From NCBI GenBank assembly GCA_034520665.1, contig JAXHNJ010000002.1, forward strand, positions 416,660 through 480,659: a stretch of DNA of 64,000 nucleotides, in the 5' to 3' direction. The translations under genes were made by a program, and so were the position numbers. The notes beneath the pieces were generated by a model. The model was not told the DNA's origin. It saw only the letters and a program-made list of their open reading frames with translations, and ran no database searches. Position 1 is the first letter of the stretch; every line of letters starts with the position of its first letter. Positions 18,391 through 28,073 of the stretch are shown here, piece after piece. The DNA comes from Patescibacteria group bacterium. GTDB lineage: Bacteria; Patescibacteriota; Patescibacteriia; JAXHNJ01.

Positions 18391-21240
18391 ATGCCTATAC
18401 CCCAGTTAAAACCAAAAAAGAAATTTACCCGCACTTGGCGGCAAAATACCAAACTTAAGAAAAAAAAGAAAAGAAAAAAATGGTTTGATCAGTTTTTAAA
18501 TAACTGGCTACCAATTTTGGCTATTTTAATAATACTGGGCGGTCTGGCTATGCTGGGGGTATTTGCCTGGTTTTCCCGTGATTTACCCAGTCCAGATAAA
18601 TTAATTGAGCGGTCCATTGCCCAAAGCACAAAAATCTACGCTCGAGACGCTAAAACTGTTTTGTATGAAATTCATGGTGACGAAAGAAGAACTATGATTA
18701 ATCTGGAAGAGATTTCAGAAAAGGCCAAATGGGCTCATATAGCTATTGAAGACAAAGATTTCTATGAGCATAAGGGTTTTTCCCTGCCCCGTATTTTTAA
18801 AGCTCTCTGGATAGATATTCTTAAAAGAAAAAAAGCACAAGGGGCCTCTACTATTACCCAACAATTTGTTAAAAATGCTATTTTAACCAATGAAAAAAGC
18901 TGGACCCGCAAAATAAAAGAAATAGTCTTGGCTTATCAAATAGAGAGAAAATTTTCCAAAGAAGAAATATTAAAAATGTACTTTAATGAAATTCCCTATG
19001 GTTCAAATATCTACGGTATTGAAGCAGCGGCCGAAAGTTTTTTCGGGAAAAATGCTAAGGATTTAACTATAGCTGAAGGAGCACTTTTAGCTTCTATTCC
19101 CAAGGCTACCACTTATTATTCACCTTACGGCTCACATACCGACACTTTGCTTGATCGTCAAAAACTAGTAATTGATTTGATGGCTAAGCAGGAACAGATT
19201 ACGGAAAAAGAAGCTCAAGAAGCCAAAAAAGTTGACATATTAAGTCAAGTTAAGCCACGCCAAGAAAATATTTTAGCTCCTCATTTTGTTATGTATGTTC
19301 GGGAAATTTTGGCTGAAAAATACGGGGTCCAAGAAATTGAACAGGGAGGGTTAAAGGTTGTTACCACCCTTGATTACGACCTACAAAAAATTGCTGAAGA
19401 AGAAATCGATAAAGGCATTAGTAAAATAGAACGTTATGGTGGCTCCAACGCAGCCTTAGTTTCCTTAGAGGTTAAAACCGGCGAAATACTGGCTATGGTT
19501 GGTTCTCACGATTATTTTAATACAGATATTGATGGCAATGTTAACGTAACTTTAAGAGAAAGACAGCCCGGTTCTTCTTTTAAACCAATCGTCTACACTC
19601 AAGCTCTTGAAGACGGCTATACTCCGGAAACTATGCTTTTTGATCTTGTTACTACCTTTAAAACTAGTACTAAAGATTACATACCTAAAAATTATTCTTT
19701 AAACGAACACGGACCAGTTACTATGCGCCAGGCTTTGCAGGCTTCTTTAAATATCCCGGCGGTCAAAACTCTTTATTTGACCGGCGTAGATGATGTTTTA
19801 GATTTAGCCGAAGAATTAGGATATACTACTTTATCAGATCGCAGCCGTTTTGGTCTTTCTTTAGTTTTAGGCGGAGGTGAAGTTAAATTAATCGAACATT
19901 TAAATGCTTACGCTACTCTAGCCCGGGAAGGCAAGAAAATACCTTATTACCCTATTCTTCGGATTGAAGACAATCAAGGGAAAATTCTTGAAAAACGCAC
20001 CTCACCTAAAGAAGTTGAGGTTATTGACCAACAAGTAGCCAGGCAGATGAATAAAATTTTGTCTGATAATACCACTCGGGCCAGCTTCTGGGGCTATACC
20101 CAGCTGGCTTTAAGCGGTCATCCCGTCTGCGCTAAAACTGGCACTACCAATGATTACCGCGATGCCTGGACTTTGGGCTATACCCCTTCCTTAGCTACCG
20201 GAGTCTGGGCTGGTAATAATGATAACTCTGAGATGAAGCGAGGAGCGGCTGGTTTAGTCCTAGCTACCCCCATCTGGAACGGTTTTATGAAAAGAGCTCT
20301 GGAAGGCCAAAAAGTAGAATATTTTCCTGACTTTAAGGCTATTGATACTGGCAAAGCCGTTTTAAAGGGTAAGTTGGAAGCTGACCAAACAGTCAAAATA
20401 GACAAAATCACCGGTAAAAAAATTCCTAATTCATGTTTAGAAGACTGGCCCGAAGAATTCATAGCCGAAGAAACCGTTAAAAGCGTCCATAACATTCTTC
20501 ATTATGTTAAAAAAAACGATCCTCGAGGAGATTTTCCTGAGAACCCAAAATCCGATCCTCAATACGAAACTTGGGAAGCTCCGGTACAAACTTGGGCTCA
20601 AGAAAACGACTACTTAAACCAAATGCCCCAGGAAGAAAGTTGTTCTTTAAGAGCTGAGAAAAGCCAGCCGGAAATTAATTTCTCTAACCCTGAGGACGAT
20701 GAGAGTATTACTAATTCTGAGACTACCTTTAAGGTTGAGACTGACGGAAAATATAATATTGTTAAAGTTGAATACTATATAGATGAGAATAAAATCGGCC
20801 AATCTAAAAAATCCCCTTTTTCTTATTCTCACAATCTTTCTGGTCTAAGCCAGGGCTATCATGACATTACCGCTAAAGTCTTTGATAAATACGAAAACTC
20901 AACTCAAAAAACTATTACTGTAAATATTAATCTCAGTCAAACTTCCAGTTCTCTTTATTTTATTTCCCCGAGCCAAAACTCAACTCATTATACTAAGGAT
21001 TTACCTCTTTCTATAAATGTTTTTGCTTATGATCCCGAAGATGTTTCTTCAGTTACAATCTATTACCGGGCCAATAGTCAAAATAATCAAATAGAGAAAA
21101 TAAACACACCAAAAAATAATAATCTTACTTTTTCCTGGGAAGAGCCAGAACCTGGCACTTATAAATTATTTGTTGTAATGACTAATAAAGAAGAAGAGAT
21201 CACCCAGTCAGATTATTTGACAATAAATATCAAGGAATAA
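18391..21240 (+). CDS. mrcA: Class A penicillin-binding protein (PBP1A; transglycosylase plus transpeptidase) with a C-terminal beta-sandwich extension.
   Basis: GT51 motifs (EDKDFYEH, GASTITQQFVKN), transpeptidase SSFKP (SxxK), an N-terminal K-rich tail plus TM helix, and roughly 250 extra C-terminal residues. Confidence 0.85.
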   Translation: MPIPQLKPKKKFTRTWRQNTKLKKKKKRKKWFDQFLNNWLPILAILIILGGLAMLGVFAWFSRDLPSPDKLIERSIAQSTKIYARDAKTVLYEIHGDERRTMINLEEISEKAKWAHIAIEDKDFYEHKGFSLPRIFKALWIDILKRKKAQGASTITQQFVKNAILTNEKSWTRKIKEIVLAYQIERKFSKEEILKMYFNEIPYGSNIYGIEAAAESFFGKNAKDLTIAEGALLASIPKATTYYSPYGSHTDTLLDRQKLVIDLMAKQEQITEKEAQEAKKVDILSQVKPRQENILAPHFVMYVREILAEKYGVQEIEQGGLKVVTTLDYDLQKIAEEEIDKGISKIERYGGSNAALVSLEVKTGEILAMVGSHDYFNTDIDGNVNVTLRERQPGSSFKPIVYTQALEDGYTPETMLFDLVTTFKTSTKDYIPKNYSLNEHGPVTMRQALQASLNIPAVKTLYLTGVDDVLDLAEELGYTTLSDRSRFGLSLVLGGGEVKLIEHLNAYATLAREGKKIPYYPILRIEDNQGKILEKRTSPKEVEVIDQQVARQMNKILSDNTTRASFWGYTQLALSGHPVCAKTGTTNDYRDAWTLGYTPSLATGVWAGNNDNSEMKRGAAGLVLATPIWNGFMKRALEGQKVEYFPDFKAIDTGKAVLKGKLEADQTVKIDKITGKKIPNSCLEDWPEEFIAEETVKSVHNILHYVKKNDPRGDFPENPKSDPQYETWEAPVQTWAQENDYLNQMPQEESCSLRAEKSQPEINFSNPEDDESITNSETTFKVETDGKYNIVKVEYYIDENKIGQSKKSPFSYSHNLSGLSQGYHDITAKVFDKYENSTQKTITVNINLSQTSSSLYFISPSQNSTHYTKDLPLSINVFAYDPEDVSSVTIYYRANSQNNQIEKINTPKNNNLTFSWEEPEPGTYKLFVVMTNKEEEITQSDYLTINIKE

Positions 21241-21246
21241 TATTTT

Positions 21247-21540
21247 CTAAAATAAAAACCTTAGTTTCTCTACTAAAGTTTTTTTATATTGGCTATTAAT
21301 TTCTTCTATAATTTCTTCCTGATGTAGACGTATTTCACTGGCCACTACTGAACTTAAAATCGCTACCACTAAAGTTTTATTTTTTAATGATTTGGCTTGT
21401 AATTGTTCTAGTACTTTCTGGCCAAACTTTCTTTCAATAATTTTATGAAAAGTTTTTATTACCTGGCTAGCTTTAACTTGACTTTCAATGCCTTGCCTTT
21501 TTAAAGATTTATTTAATAAACTACCAATTGACCAAATCAT
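21247..21540 (-). CDS. DUF721-domain protein (DciA-like helicase-loader family candidate), immediately downstream of dnaN.
   Basis: A 97-aa basic protein in the conserved post-dnaN position where DUF721/DciA genes occur. The sequence assignment is from memory of the family, not a computed match. Confidence 0.45.
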   Translation of the reverse strand: MIWSIGSLLNKSLKRQGIESQVKASQVIKTFHKIIERKFGQKVLEQLQAKSLKNKTLVVAILSSVVASEIRLHQEEIIEEINSQYKKTLVEKLRFLF

Positions 21541-21543
21541 AAA

Positions 21544-22638
21544 TTATTGCCGAATCGGCATTATTATATAAGTATAATTCTTAGCTTCTTTTGGCTTAAT
21601 TAATCCGGGATTATTATTATTACTTAATTCTAATATTATTTCTTCACTATCAATACTAGATAAACCATCTAAAAGATAACGGTAGTTAAAAACTATTTTA
21701 TTATCCTCCCCCTCAATCTTAGCGGCTAGACTGGAAGTATTTTCACCGAGTTGGGAATTAGAGGCTGATACAATTAATTTTTTGTCCTTTATTTCTAAAT
21801 TAATATCATTAATCCCTAGCTGGCAAAAAAGACTGGTAGTCTTAATAATTTTTACAAATTCCTGATTTGATAAAACTATTTTTGTTTTATAGTCAGAGGG
21901 TATAATTTGTTTATAATCCGGGTATTGCCCTTCAATAAGTCGGGAAACTAGCTCAATACCATCAAAAGTAAAAAGAATCTGGTTTTCATTAATATAAAAA
22001 TTCACACTCTCAATATCTTCGGTTAAAATTCGGTTTAGCTCTTGCAAAGTGCGGGTGGGGATAATTATAGCTGGACCTTCAGGACCTTCCGATTTTTTTA
22101 TCTTTTTTTCAGCTAGACGGTAGCTATCAGTAGCAGCCAGTATTATTTCTTCTTTCTCTGGTTTTAAATAAACCCCGCTTATTTCCGGTCTTGATTCGTC
22201 AGTAGCGGTGGCAAATATCACTTGAGTTATGGCTTTTTTTATTTCAGAGGTTTTAATTTCGTACCCTTTTTTTCTTTCTACTTTTGGAATTAAGGGAAAT
22301 TCCTCAGTGGAGGAAGCTTTAATTACAGTATGAGCCTTACCACACTCAATATTTAGTTTATTGTCCTTTGCTGTTAGATCCACTCTTTCGTTGGGTAAGG
22401 AATTTACATAGTCATTTAAAAGTTTAGCTTGGACAGTAATTTCACCTTCTTTTTCCACCTTACCCCTAATTTGACAATTAATCCCAATTTCCAAATTAGT
22501 GGTGGTTAATTTTATGGTGCCTTTTTCAGCTTTTAATAAAACATTATTTAAAATAGGCAAACTAACATTTTTACTAGCAATGTGACTAACATTGTTTAAG
22601 CCTTGATTTAAATTTTCTTGAGTACATGAAATTTTCAT
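21544..22638 (-). CDS. dnaN: DNA polymerase III beta sliding clamp.
   Basis: MKISCTQENLNQGLNNVSHIASKNVSLPILNNVLLKA is the canonical DnaN N-terminus. A three-domain length of 364 aa fits. Confidence 0.9.
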   Translation of the reverse strand: MKISCTQENLNQGLNNVSHIASKNVSLPILNNVLLKAEKGTIKLTTTNLEIGINCQIRGKVEKEGEITVQAKLLNDYVNSLPNERVDLTAKDNKLNIECGKAHTVIKASSTEEFPLIPKVERKKGYEIKTSEIKKAITQVIFATATDESRPEISGVYLKPEKEEIILAATDSYRLAEKKIKKSEGPEGPAIIIPTRTLQELNRILTEDIESVNFYINENQILFTFDGIELVSRLIEGQYPDYKQIIPSDYKTKIVLSNQEFVKIIKTTSLFCQLGINDINLEIKDKKLIVSASNSQLGENTSSLAAKIEGEDNKIVFNYRYLLDGLSSIDSEEIILELSNNNNPGLIKPKEAKNYTYIIMPIRQ

Positions 22639-22914
22639 ATTATTAGATCCTTTATATATTTATTTAATTAATAGACGTATTAATAGGGTTATGTGGAAAT
22701 GTGGATTAATATTTTTAAATAGGGTTTTTTCTCTTTTAAGGAGTAGTAAAGCTATTTAAGAAATTAGTCTTTTGTGAAAAAGTATGTTAGTTTATTGTGA
22801 GGTAAGTGTTGATTAAATGAGGATAAATCCACTAGCCATTTTAAGAGGGAAAGTTATTAACAAATTACCATTAGTTTTTTGACAGGTTTATCCCAAGTTT
22901 ATACCCTAAGAAAT
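22639..22914. promoter_or_regulatory. Putative oriC segment (dnaA-dnaN intergenic) with degenerate DnaA-box-like 9-mers and AT-rich stretches.
   Basis: Contains TGTGGATTA and TGTGGAAAT (consensus TGTGGATAA) and TTATCCCAA (consensus TTATCCACA). No perfect box is present. The dnaA/dnaN location is canonical. Confidence 0.4.
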
Positions 22915-24279
22915 TTAAGAATATAATCTCTGTTTAATTAATGTAATATCTTGTTTTGTTTTTTCATCTTCTTCTATCAACTTAGCTATTTTATGGCAGG
23001 CATGCATAGCTGTAGTATGATCACGGCCGCCTAAATCTTCGCCAATACTAGGGTAAGAACTTTTCAACTCTTCGCGCAAAAGATACATAGCAATTTGACG
23101 GGGATAAACTAATTCTTTTTTACGGCTGCTACCCATTAAGTTATCACTGGAAATATCATAGAATTTCATTACAATATTAATGATATTTTTACTGGTTAGG
23201 CCTCCTTTTTTAGGGTTAGCTTTTACTGAAGAAAGTAATTTTTTAGTTGATTCCAAAGTAGGTTCGTGGTTGTTTAGATGATGATAAGCAATAATACGAT
23301 TTAGGGCTCCTTCTAGTTCTCTAATATTTTTTTCTATATTACTGGCAATGTAATTTATAATTTCAGGTTTTAATTTATAATTTTTTTCCTTACATTTTTT
23401 TTCTAAAATGGCGATTCTAGTTTCCAGATCAGGCTGTCCAATATCTGCAATCATACCCCATTCAAATCGCGAAACAAGTCGGTGTTCTAAGGCGGGTATA
23501 GATTTAGGTGGCCGATCTGAAGAAACCACAATTTGCTTATTTGTTTGATGTAGAGTGTTAAAAGTATGAAAAAATTCTTCCTGAGTCCTTTCCTTATTAG
23601 CTAGAAATTGTATGTCATCAATAAGTAATATATCTACTGAACGATAGGTATTTTTAAAGTCACCGGCGTTTCCCTTAGAAACAGTTTGTATGAATTCATT
23701 GGTAAATTTTTCACAAGTAACATAAATAACCTTTTTTTTGGGGTGATTTTTAACAATATCATTGCCTATAGCCTGCATCAGATGAGTTTTACCCAAACCA
23801 ACCCCGCCATAAAGAAAAAGGGGGTTATAAACAATACCGGGTTTTTCAGCCACGGCACTACAAGCAGCTTGAGCTAATTCATTACCCTTACCCACAATAA
23901 AATTACTAAAAGTATATTTAGGGTTTAAGTTGAATTTATTAATGTGATCTTGTTTTTCTTTGGCCTCTTTGTCAGATTTATCTTCATCATTTTCTTGAGT
24001 AACTTTTTCTTTTATTTTTGTTTTAGGTTTTCTTGTTTCTACTTTATAGCTTATCTTTTCTATTTTATGGCTGGTGATATTGTGAATAGCCTTGATAATA
24101 AAATCATGGTATTTATTTTCCAGCCAGGTTTTAGTAAAAGCATTAGGGACACCAATAACAATTTTATCTTCTGAATATTCAGAGATAAAAGTATTTTTAA
24201 ACCAAGTGGTAAAATTGGCCTTACTAATAAGTAATTCAAGCTCACCCAGAGTGGCTTGCCATAATTCCTCCTTATTCAT
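22915..24279 (-). CDS. dnaA: Chromosomal replication initiator DnaA.
   Basis: N-terminal ELWQATLGELE...NFTTWFKNT. AAA+ Walker A is LFLYGGVGLGKTHLMQAIGN. The C-terminal DNA-binding domain has SSYPSIGEDLGGRDHTT. Confidence 0.95.
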   Translation of the reverse strand: MNKEELWQATLGELELLISKANFTTWFKNTFISEYSEDKIVIGVPNAFTKTWLENKYHDFIIKAIHNITSHKIEKISYKVETRKPKTKIKEKVTQENDEDKSDKEAKEKQDHINKFNLNPKYTFSNFIVGKGNELAQAACSAVAEKPGIVYNPLFLYGGVGLGKTHLMQAIGNDIVKNHPKKKVIYVTCEKFTNEFIQTVSKGNAGDFKNTYRSVDILLIDDIQFLANKERTQEEFFHTFNTLHQTNKQIVVSSDRPPKSIPALEHRLVSRFEWGMIADIGQPDLETRIAILEKKCKEKNYKLKPEIINYIASNIEKNIRELEGALNRIIAYHHLNNHEPTLESTKKLLSSVKANPKKGGLTSKNIINIVMKFYDISSDNLMGSSRKKELVYPRQIAMYLLREELKSSYPSIGEDLGGRDHTTAMHACHKIAKLIEEDEKTKQDITLIKQRLYS

Positions 24280-24481
24280 AAAAGGATGTCTTTATAATTT
24301 TTATTGAGTCTACTACTGAATATAACACAAAATCCACAGATAAAAAATAGCTTAAATTAGCCCTAGTGTTAATAAGCTGTGGAATAAATGGGGAAGACTT
24401 TTCTTTTTATTATTTGTTTAATAAAAGGTTTGACTAAAGACTTAAATTCCGGTAAACTTACCAAGTATAAAAAATAAATAA

Positions 24482-24619
24482 ATGCCTAAAAGAACTTATC
24501 AACCCAAGAAAAAAAAGAGAAAAAAAACCCACGGTTATCTAGCTCGTAAAAAAACCGCTGGTGGCCGTAAAACAATAAAAAAAAGAAGACGCAAAGGTCG
24601 AAAAAAGTTAGGTCAGTAA
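24482..24619 (+). CDS. rpmH: 50S ribosomal protein L34.
   Basis: Manual translation gives [45 protein letters not shown], 45 aa. It is missing from the ORF track, presumably below the track's length cutoff. It occupies the canonical dnaA-rpmH-rnpA-yidD-yidC position. Confidence 0.85.
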   Translation: MPKRTYQPKKKKRKKTHGYLARKKTAGGRKTIKKRRRKGRKKLGQ

Positions 24620-24632
24620 GGGTTAAACTTTT

Positions 24633-24977
24633 ATGTTGGCTAAAAAATTTCGTCTGTCAAAAGAAAAAGCCTTCAAAAAAGTCTATCAAAAAGGCAAATT
24701 TTTTTTCACATCAAATATAAATCTTAGATTTGCCAATAATCAAGCAAAGAATACCAGATTTGGCTTTGTCATTTCCAAGAAAATTAGCAAAAAAGCTACT
24801 GTTCGTAATAAAATCAAAAGGCAACTAAGTGAAATAATTAGAAAACATTTAAATTCTATAGTTAAAGAAAAAGATATAATAATAAAGGTAAAAAAACCTT
24901 ATATTAAAAAAAGTTTTAAAGAAAAAGAACAAATTCTAGTAAAAATTTTCAAAAAAAGTAAATTATGGATAAAATAA
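24633..24977 (+). CDS. rnpA: Ribonuclease P protein component.
   Basis: A basic 114-aa protein with a KLRLSKxxxF-like N-terminus (KFRLSKEKAFKKV) and an RNR-like motif (NKIKRQLSE), directly after rpmH. Confidence 0.85.
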   Translation: MLAKKFRLSKEKAFKKVYQKGKFFFTSNINLRFANNQAKNTRFGFVISKKISKKATVRNKIKRQLSEIIRKHLNSIVKEKDIIIKVKKPYIKKSFKEKEQILVKIFKKSKLWIK

Positions 24978-25216
24978 GATTAAATATAAAAAGAATATTA
25001 TTAAAAGTCATACGTTTTTATCAAAATAATTTTTCGCCTGATCATAGTATTTATTCAAAAAAACATTCTCATGGCTATTGCCGCTTTTATCCCACCTGTT
25101 CTGAGTATAGTTACCGGGCTATTAATAAATACGGTCCGGGAAAAGGCCTATTAAAGGCTTTGTGGCGTATTTTGCGCTGCCATCCTTTTAGTAAGGGCGG
25201 CTATGACCCTGTTTAA
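24965..25216 (+). CDS. yidD: Membrane protein insertion efficiency factor YidD.
   Basis: RFYQNNFSP...CRFYPTCSEYSYRAINKYGPGKGLLKALWRILRCHPFSKGGYDPV is the YidD signature. Confidence 0.85.
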   Translation: MDKIRLNIKRILLKVIRFYQNNFSPDHSIYSKKHSHGYCRFYPTCSEYSYRAINKYGPGKGLLKALWRILRCHPFSKGGYDPV

Positions 25217-25234
25217 TAAATAAAAAGCTAAATT

Positions 25235-26023
25235 ATGGAATTTTTTAACACAATATTAGTCCAACCTCTACTTAACGCCCTAATGTTTATATATAAAACA
25301 ATCCCTGGGCAGGATTTAGGTCTGGCTATTATTATTTTGACTATTATCATTAGGGGCATTTTATACATTCCCTCGCTTTCTTCTATAAAATCCCAGAGAA
25401 AAATGCAGGAAATCCAGCCCAAACTAAATGCGTTAAAAAAGAAATATAAAGATGATCGGGAAGAATTAGGGCGCCAGTTGATGCAGTTTTACAAAAAAAA
25501 TAAAGTTAACCCGCTTTCCTCCTGCCTACCCTTGTTAATACAGTTGCCTATACTTTTTGCTTTGTTTAGAGTATTTTACGCTGGTTTAGCTATTGACCCT
25601 GACACCGGTCTTTTGGCTCAGGAAACAGTTAATAATTTATATGAGCCCTTAAAAAATTATTATACGGCTAATGCTGTGAGCACTACTTTTTTAGGTTTTA
25701 TTGATTTAACCCAAACCGGCAACTGGTTTATGTCTATTTTAGCTGGTGGTTTACAATTTTTACAGTCAAAAATGCTTTTATCTAAAAAACCCAAGAAAAA
25801 AATTCCCGGCTCAGAGGACGAAAATATGGCCGCTCAGACTTCTCGCTCTATGACTTATTTTTTCCCTTTAATTATTGTATTTATTGGACTGCGATTGCCG
25901 ACTGGTCTATTGCTTTATTGGATAGCCGCCACTCTCTTTGCTATTACCCAGCAATTACTTTATTTTAAACGTCATCCTATAAAAAAGGAAAAACCTGAAG
26001 TAATAAATCAAGAAAGTCAATGA
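25235..26023 (+). CDS. yidC: Membrane protein insertase YidC (short form).
   Basis: KLNALKKKYKDDREEL...MQFYKKNKVNPLSSCLPLLIQLPILFALF and LLYWIAATLFAITQQ are conserved YidC/Oxa1 core motifs. Confidence 0.85.
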   Translation: MEFFNTILVQPLLNALMFIYKTIPGQDLGLAIIILTIIIRGILYIPSLSSIKSQRKMQEIQPKLNALKKKYKDDREELGRQLMQFYKKNKVNPLSSCLPLLIQLPILFALFRVFYAGLAIDPDTGLLAQETVNNLYEPLKNYYTANAVSTTFLGFIDLTQTGNWFMSILAGGLQFLQSKMLLSKKPKKKIPGSEDENMAAQTSRSMTYFFPLIIVFIGLRLPTGLLLYWIAATLFAITQQLLYFKRHPIKKEKPEVINQESQ

Positions 26024-26295
26024 TAATAAAACATAATGATTTAATTGGTCTACCTGTAGAAACAAAAAAAGGACAAAAAGTTGGTTCTGTCTCAGGTTTT
26101 GAATTGGAAGCTAATAGCCATGAAATTATTCGTTATCAAATTAAAAAACCCGGACTTTTGCCCGGGATAATGAATAAACATCTTTTAGTGCATAAAAATC
26201 AAGTTTTGCAAATAACTCCGGAAAAAATGATTGTTGAAGAAGCCTTGGTTAAAGAGAAAGAAAGAGCTGAAAGCACGGCGGCAGTTTCTGGTTAA
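26020..26295 (+). CDS. Small PRC-barrel-like protein (hypothetical).
   Basis: LIGLPVETKKGQKVGSVSGFELEAN resembles the PRC-barrel motif (RimM C-terminus/YlmC-like). Weak call. Confidence 0.35.
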   Translation: MIIKHNDLIGLPVETKKGQKVGSVSGFELEANSHEIIRYQIKKPGLLPGIMNKHLLVHKNQVLQITPEKMIVEEALVKEKERAESTAAVSG

Positions 26296-26330
26296 TTAAT
26301 TATTATAAAAAGGAATTAACCGGGCTTAAA

Positions 26331-26771
26331 TTATAAGCCTTTTATTTTTTTATCAAAATTTATCGCTCTTTTATTTTTGTCAAGATGATTAAATTTAATA
26401 AATTTTGTTTTTTTAGGCAGGTACTTTATAATTTTGTCAGCCCATTCAATCACACAGATAGAATTAGGGTCATAAAAATATTCTTCAAATTCATTATTAC
26501 TAAAATCTTTACTTGAATCTAAGCGATAAAAGTCAAAATGACATAAATAATTCTTGTTTTTTTTTAGAGGGTAAGTTTTCAACCAAACAAAAGTAGGACT
26601 GGTAATTTTGTTTTTTAAGCCAAGGCCTTTGGCTAAGCCTTTAATGAAAGTAGTTTTACCAGAACCTAAATGGCCAATAAAAGCTAAAATATCCCCTTTT
26701 TTTAATTTTTTGGCTAATTTGAGGCCTAATTTATGTGTTTCTTGGCTGTTTTTTGTAATTATCTTATTCAT
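26331..26771 (-). CDS. tsaE: tRNA threonylcarbamoyladenosine biosynthesis ATPase TsaE (YjeE).
   Basis: P-loop LAFIGHLGSGKTTFIKGLAKGLG and SPTFVWLKTYP. Confidence 0.8.
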   Translation of the reverse strand: MNKIITKNSQETHKLGLKLAKKLKKGDILAFIGHLGSGKTTFIKGLAKGLGLKNKITSPTFVWLKTYPLKKNKNYLCHFDFYRLDSSKDFSNNEFEEYFYDPNSICVIEWADKIIKYLPKKTKFIKFNHLDKNKRAINFDKKIKGL

Positions 26772-26818
26772 TTTCTTATTACTAAATATAGCAAAAAAAC
26801 AAGCAAAGGTTAATTCTC

Positions 26819-28018
26819 TTGACAGTTTTTAAAAGCTCTTGTATACTTGAATATTCTGTTTTTAAAAATACTATGAAAGAATTACCCTACAAACAAGCTC
26901 AAGATTTAGTCAATAAATCCAGTCAAATTCTGGTAGTTTTGCCGAGCAAACCCTCAACTGACGCTATTGCTTCGGGGCTGGCTTTGTTTTTGGCTTTAGA
27001 GAAAATGAAAAAAAAGGTTAAAGTGGTTTGTCATGAGTTTCATCTTTCTCCCTCACATAATTTTTTGCCCAAGAGCCAAGAAATATTTTCCGGTTTAGAC
27101 AGCTTAAAAAAGTTTATTATATCTTTGAATGTTAGAAAAACTAAAGTAGAAGAGCTTAGCTATGATATTAATGATGATAATTTAAATATTTATATAAAAC
27201 CAAAGAGCGGTTTTTTTAATGAAAAAGATGTTTCTACTTCTGTTGGCGGGTTTGATTATGATTTGATTTTTGTGCTTGATTCAACGGACTTAGATTCATT
27301 GGGTAAACTTTACGATAATAACGCTGAATTTTTCTTCAAAACCCCGATAATCAATATTGACCATGATCCAGCTAACGATTATTACGGCCAAATTAATTTG
27401 GTAGACATTACTGCTACTTCTACTTCAGAAATAATTTTTGAGTTTATAAAACAGATGGGAGTAGATATAATGAATGAACAAGTAGCCACTAATTTATTAA
27501 CTGGTATAATTTCTAAGACTAAAAGTTTTCGCACTAGTTCAGTGACCCCTCGATCTTTGGCCATATCTTCACACTTGGTAGCTTCCGGAGCCAGAAGGGA
27601 TGAAATTATTAAAAACTTATTTCAAACTAAATCAATCGCCACCTTAAAACTTTGGGGTCGGGTTTTGGCTCGTTTGAAGACTGATCATGACCAGCGCTTT
27701 ATTTGGTCTTTAATTTCTGGCCAGGATTTTGAGAAAGTTCAAGCCGCTGAAGAGGATCTTTTAGGGGTGATAGATGAATTGATAATTAATACTCCCCAAG
27801 CTGAAATAGTGGTTTTAATTTATGAAAGCAAGAATAAAGAAATTGAAGCTATTGTCTATACCGTACATCAGATTGATGGAGTAAGACTTTTCCGTGAGTT
27901 TAGACCAGAGGGCACTAAAGATTTTACTAAAATAGTAATTCCAGCTTCTGATATTGATGAAGCGGAAAATAAAATAAAAAATAAAGTTTCTGATTATTAC
28001 TGTCAGAAAAAAGCCTAA
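26819..28018 (+). CDS. DHH-family phosphoesterase (NrnA-like oligoribonuclease/pAp phosphatase).
   Basis: INIDHDPANDYYGQINLVDITATSTSEII is a DHH motif region. A DHHA1-like C-terminal domain is present. Confidence 0.6.
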   Translation: MTVFKSSCILEYSVFKNTMKELPYKQAQDLVNKSSQILVVLPSKPSTDAIASGLALFLALEKMKKKVKVVCHEFHLSPSHNFLPKSQEIFSGLDSLKKFIISLNVRKTKVEELSYDINDDNLNIYIKPKSGFFNEKDVSTSVGGFDYDLIFVLDSTDLDSLGKLYDNNAEFFFKTPIINIDHDPANDYYGQINLVDITATSTSEIIFEFIKQMGVDIMNEQVATNLLTGIISKTKSFRTSSVTPRSLAISSHLVASGARRDEIIKNLFQTKSIATLKLWGRVLARLKTDHDQRFIWSLISGQDFEKVQAAEEDLLGVIDELIINTPQAEIVVLIYESKNKEIEAIVYTVHQIDGVRLFREFRPEGTKDFTKIVIPASDIDEAENKIKNKVSDYYCQKKA

Positions 28019-28023
28019 GAAAA

Positions 28024-28058
28024 AGAAAGCTTGTTTTCTAATCAAGCTTTTTTTGCTA
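28024..28058 (+). terminator. Rho-independent terminator after the DHH gene.
   Basis: AAAGCTTG-ttttctaatc-CAAGCTTT followed by TTTTTTT. Confidence 0.55.
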
Positions 28059-28073
28059 TAATGAAAAGTAATT

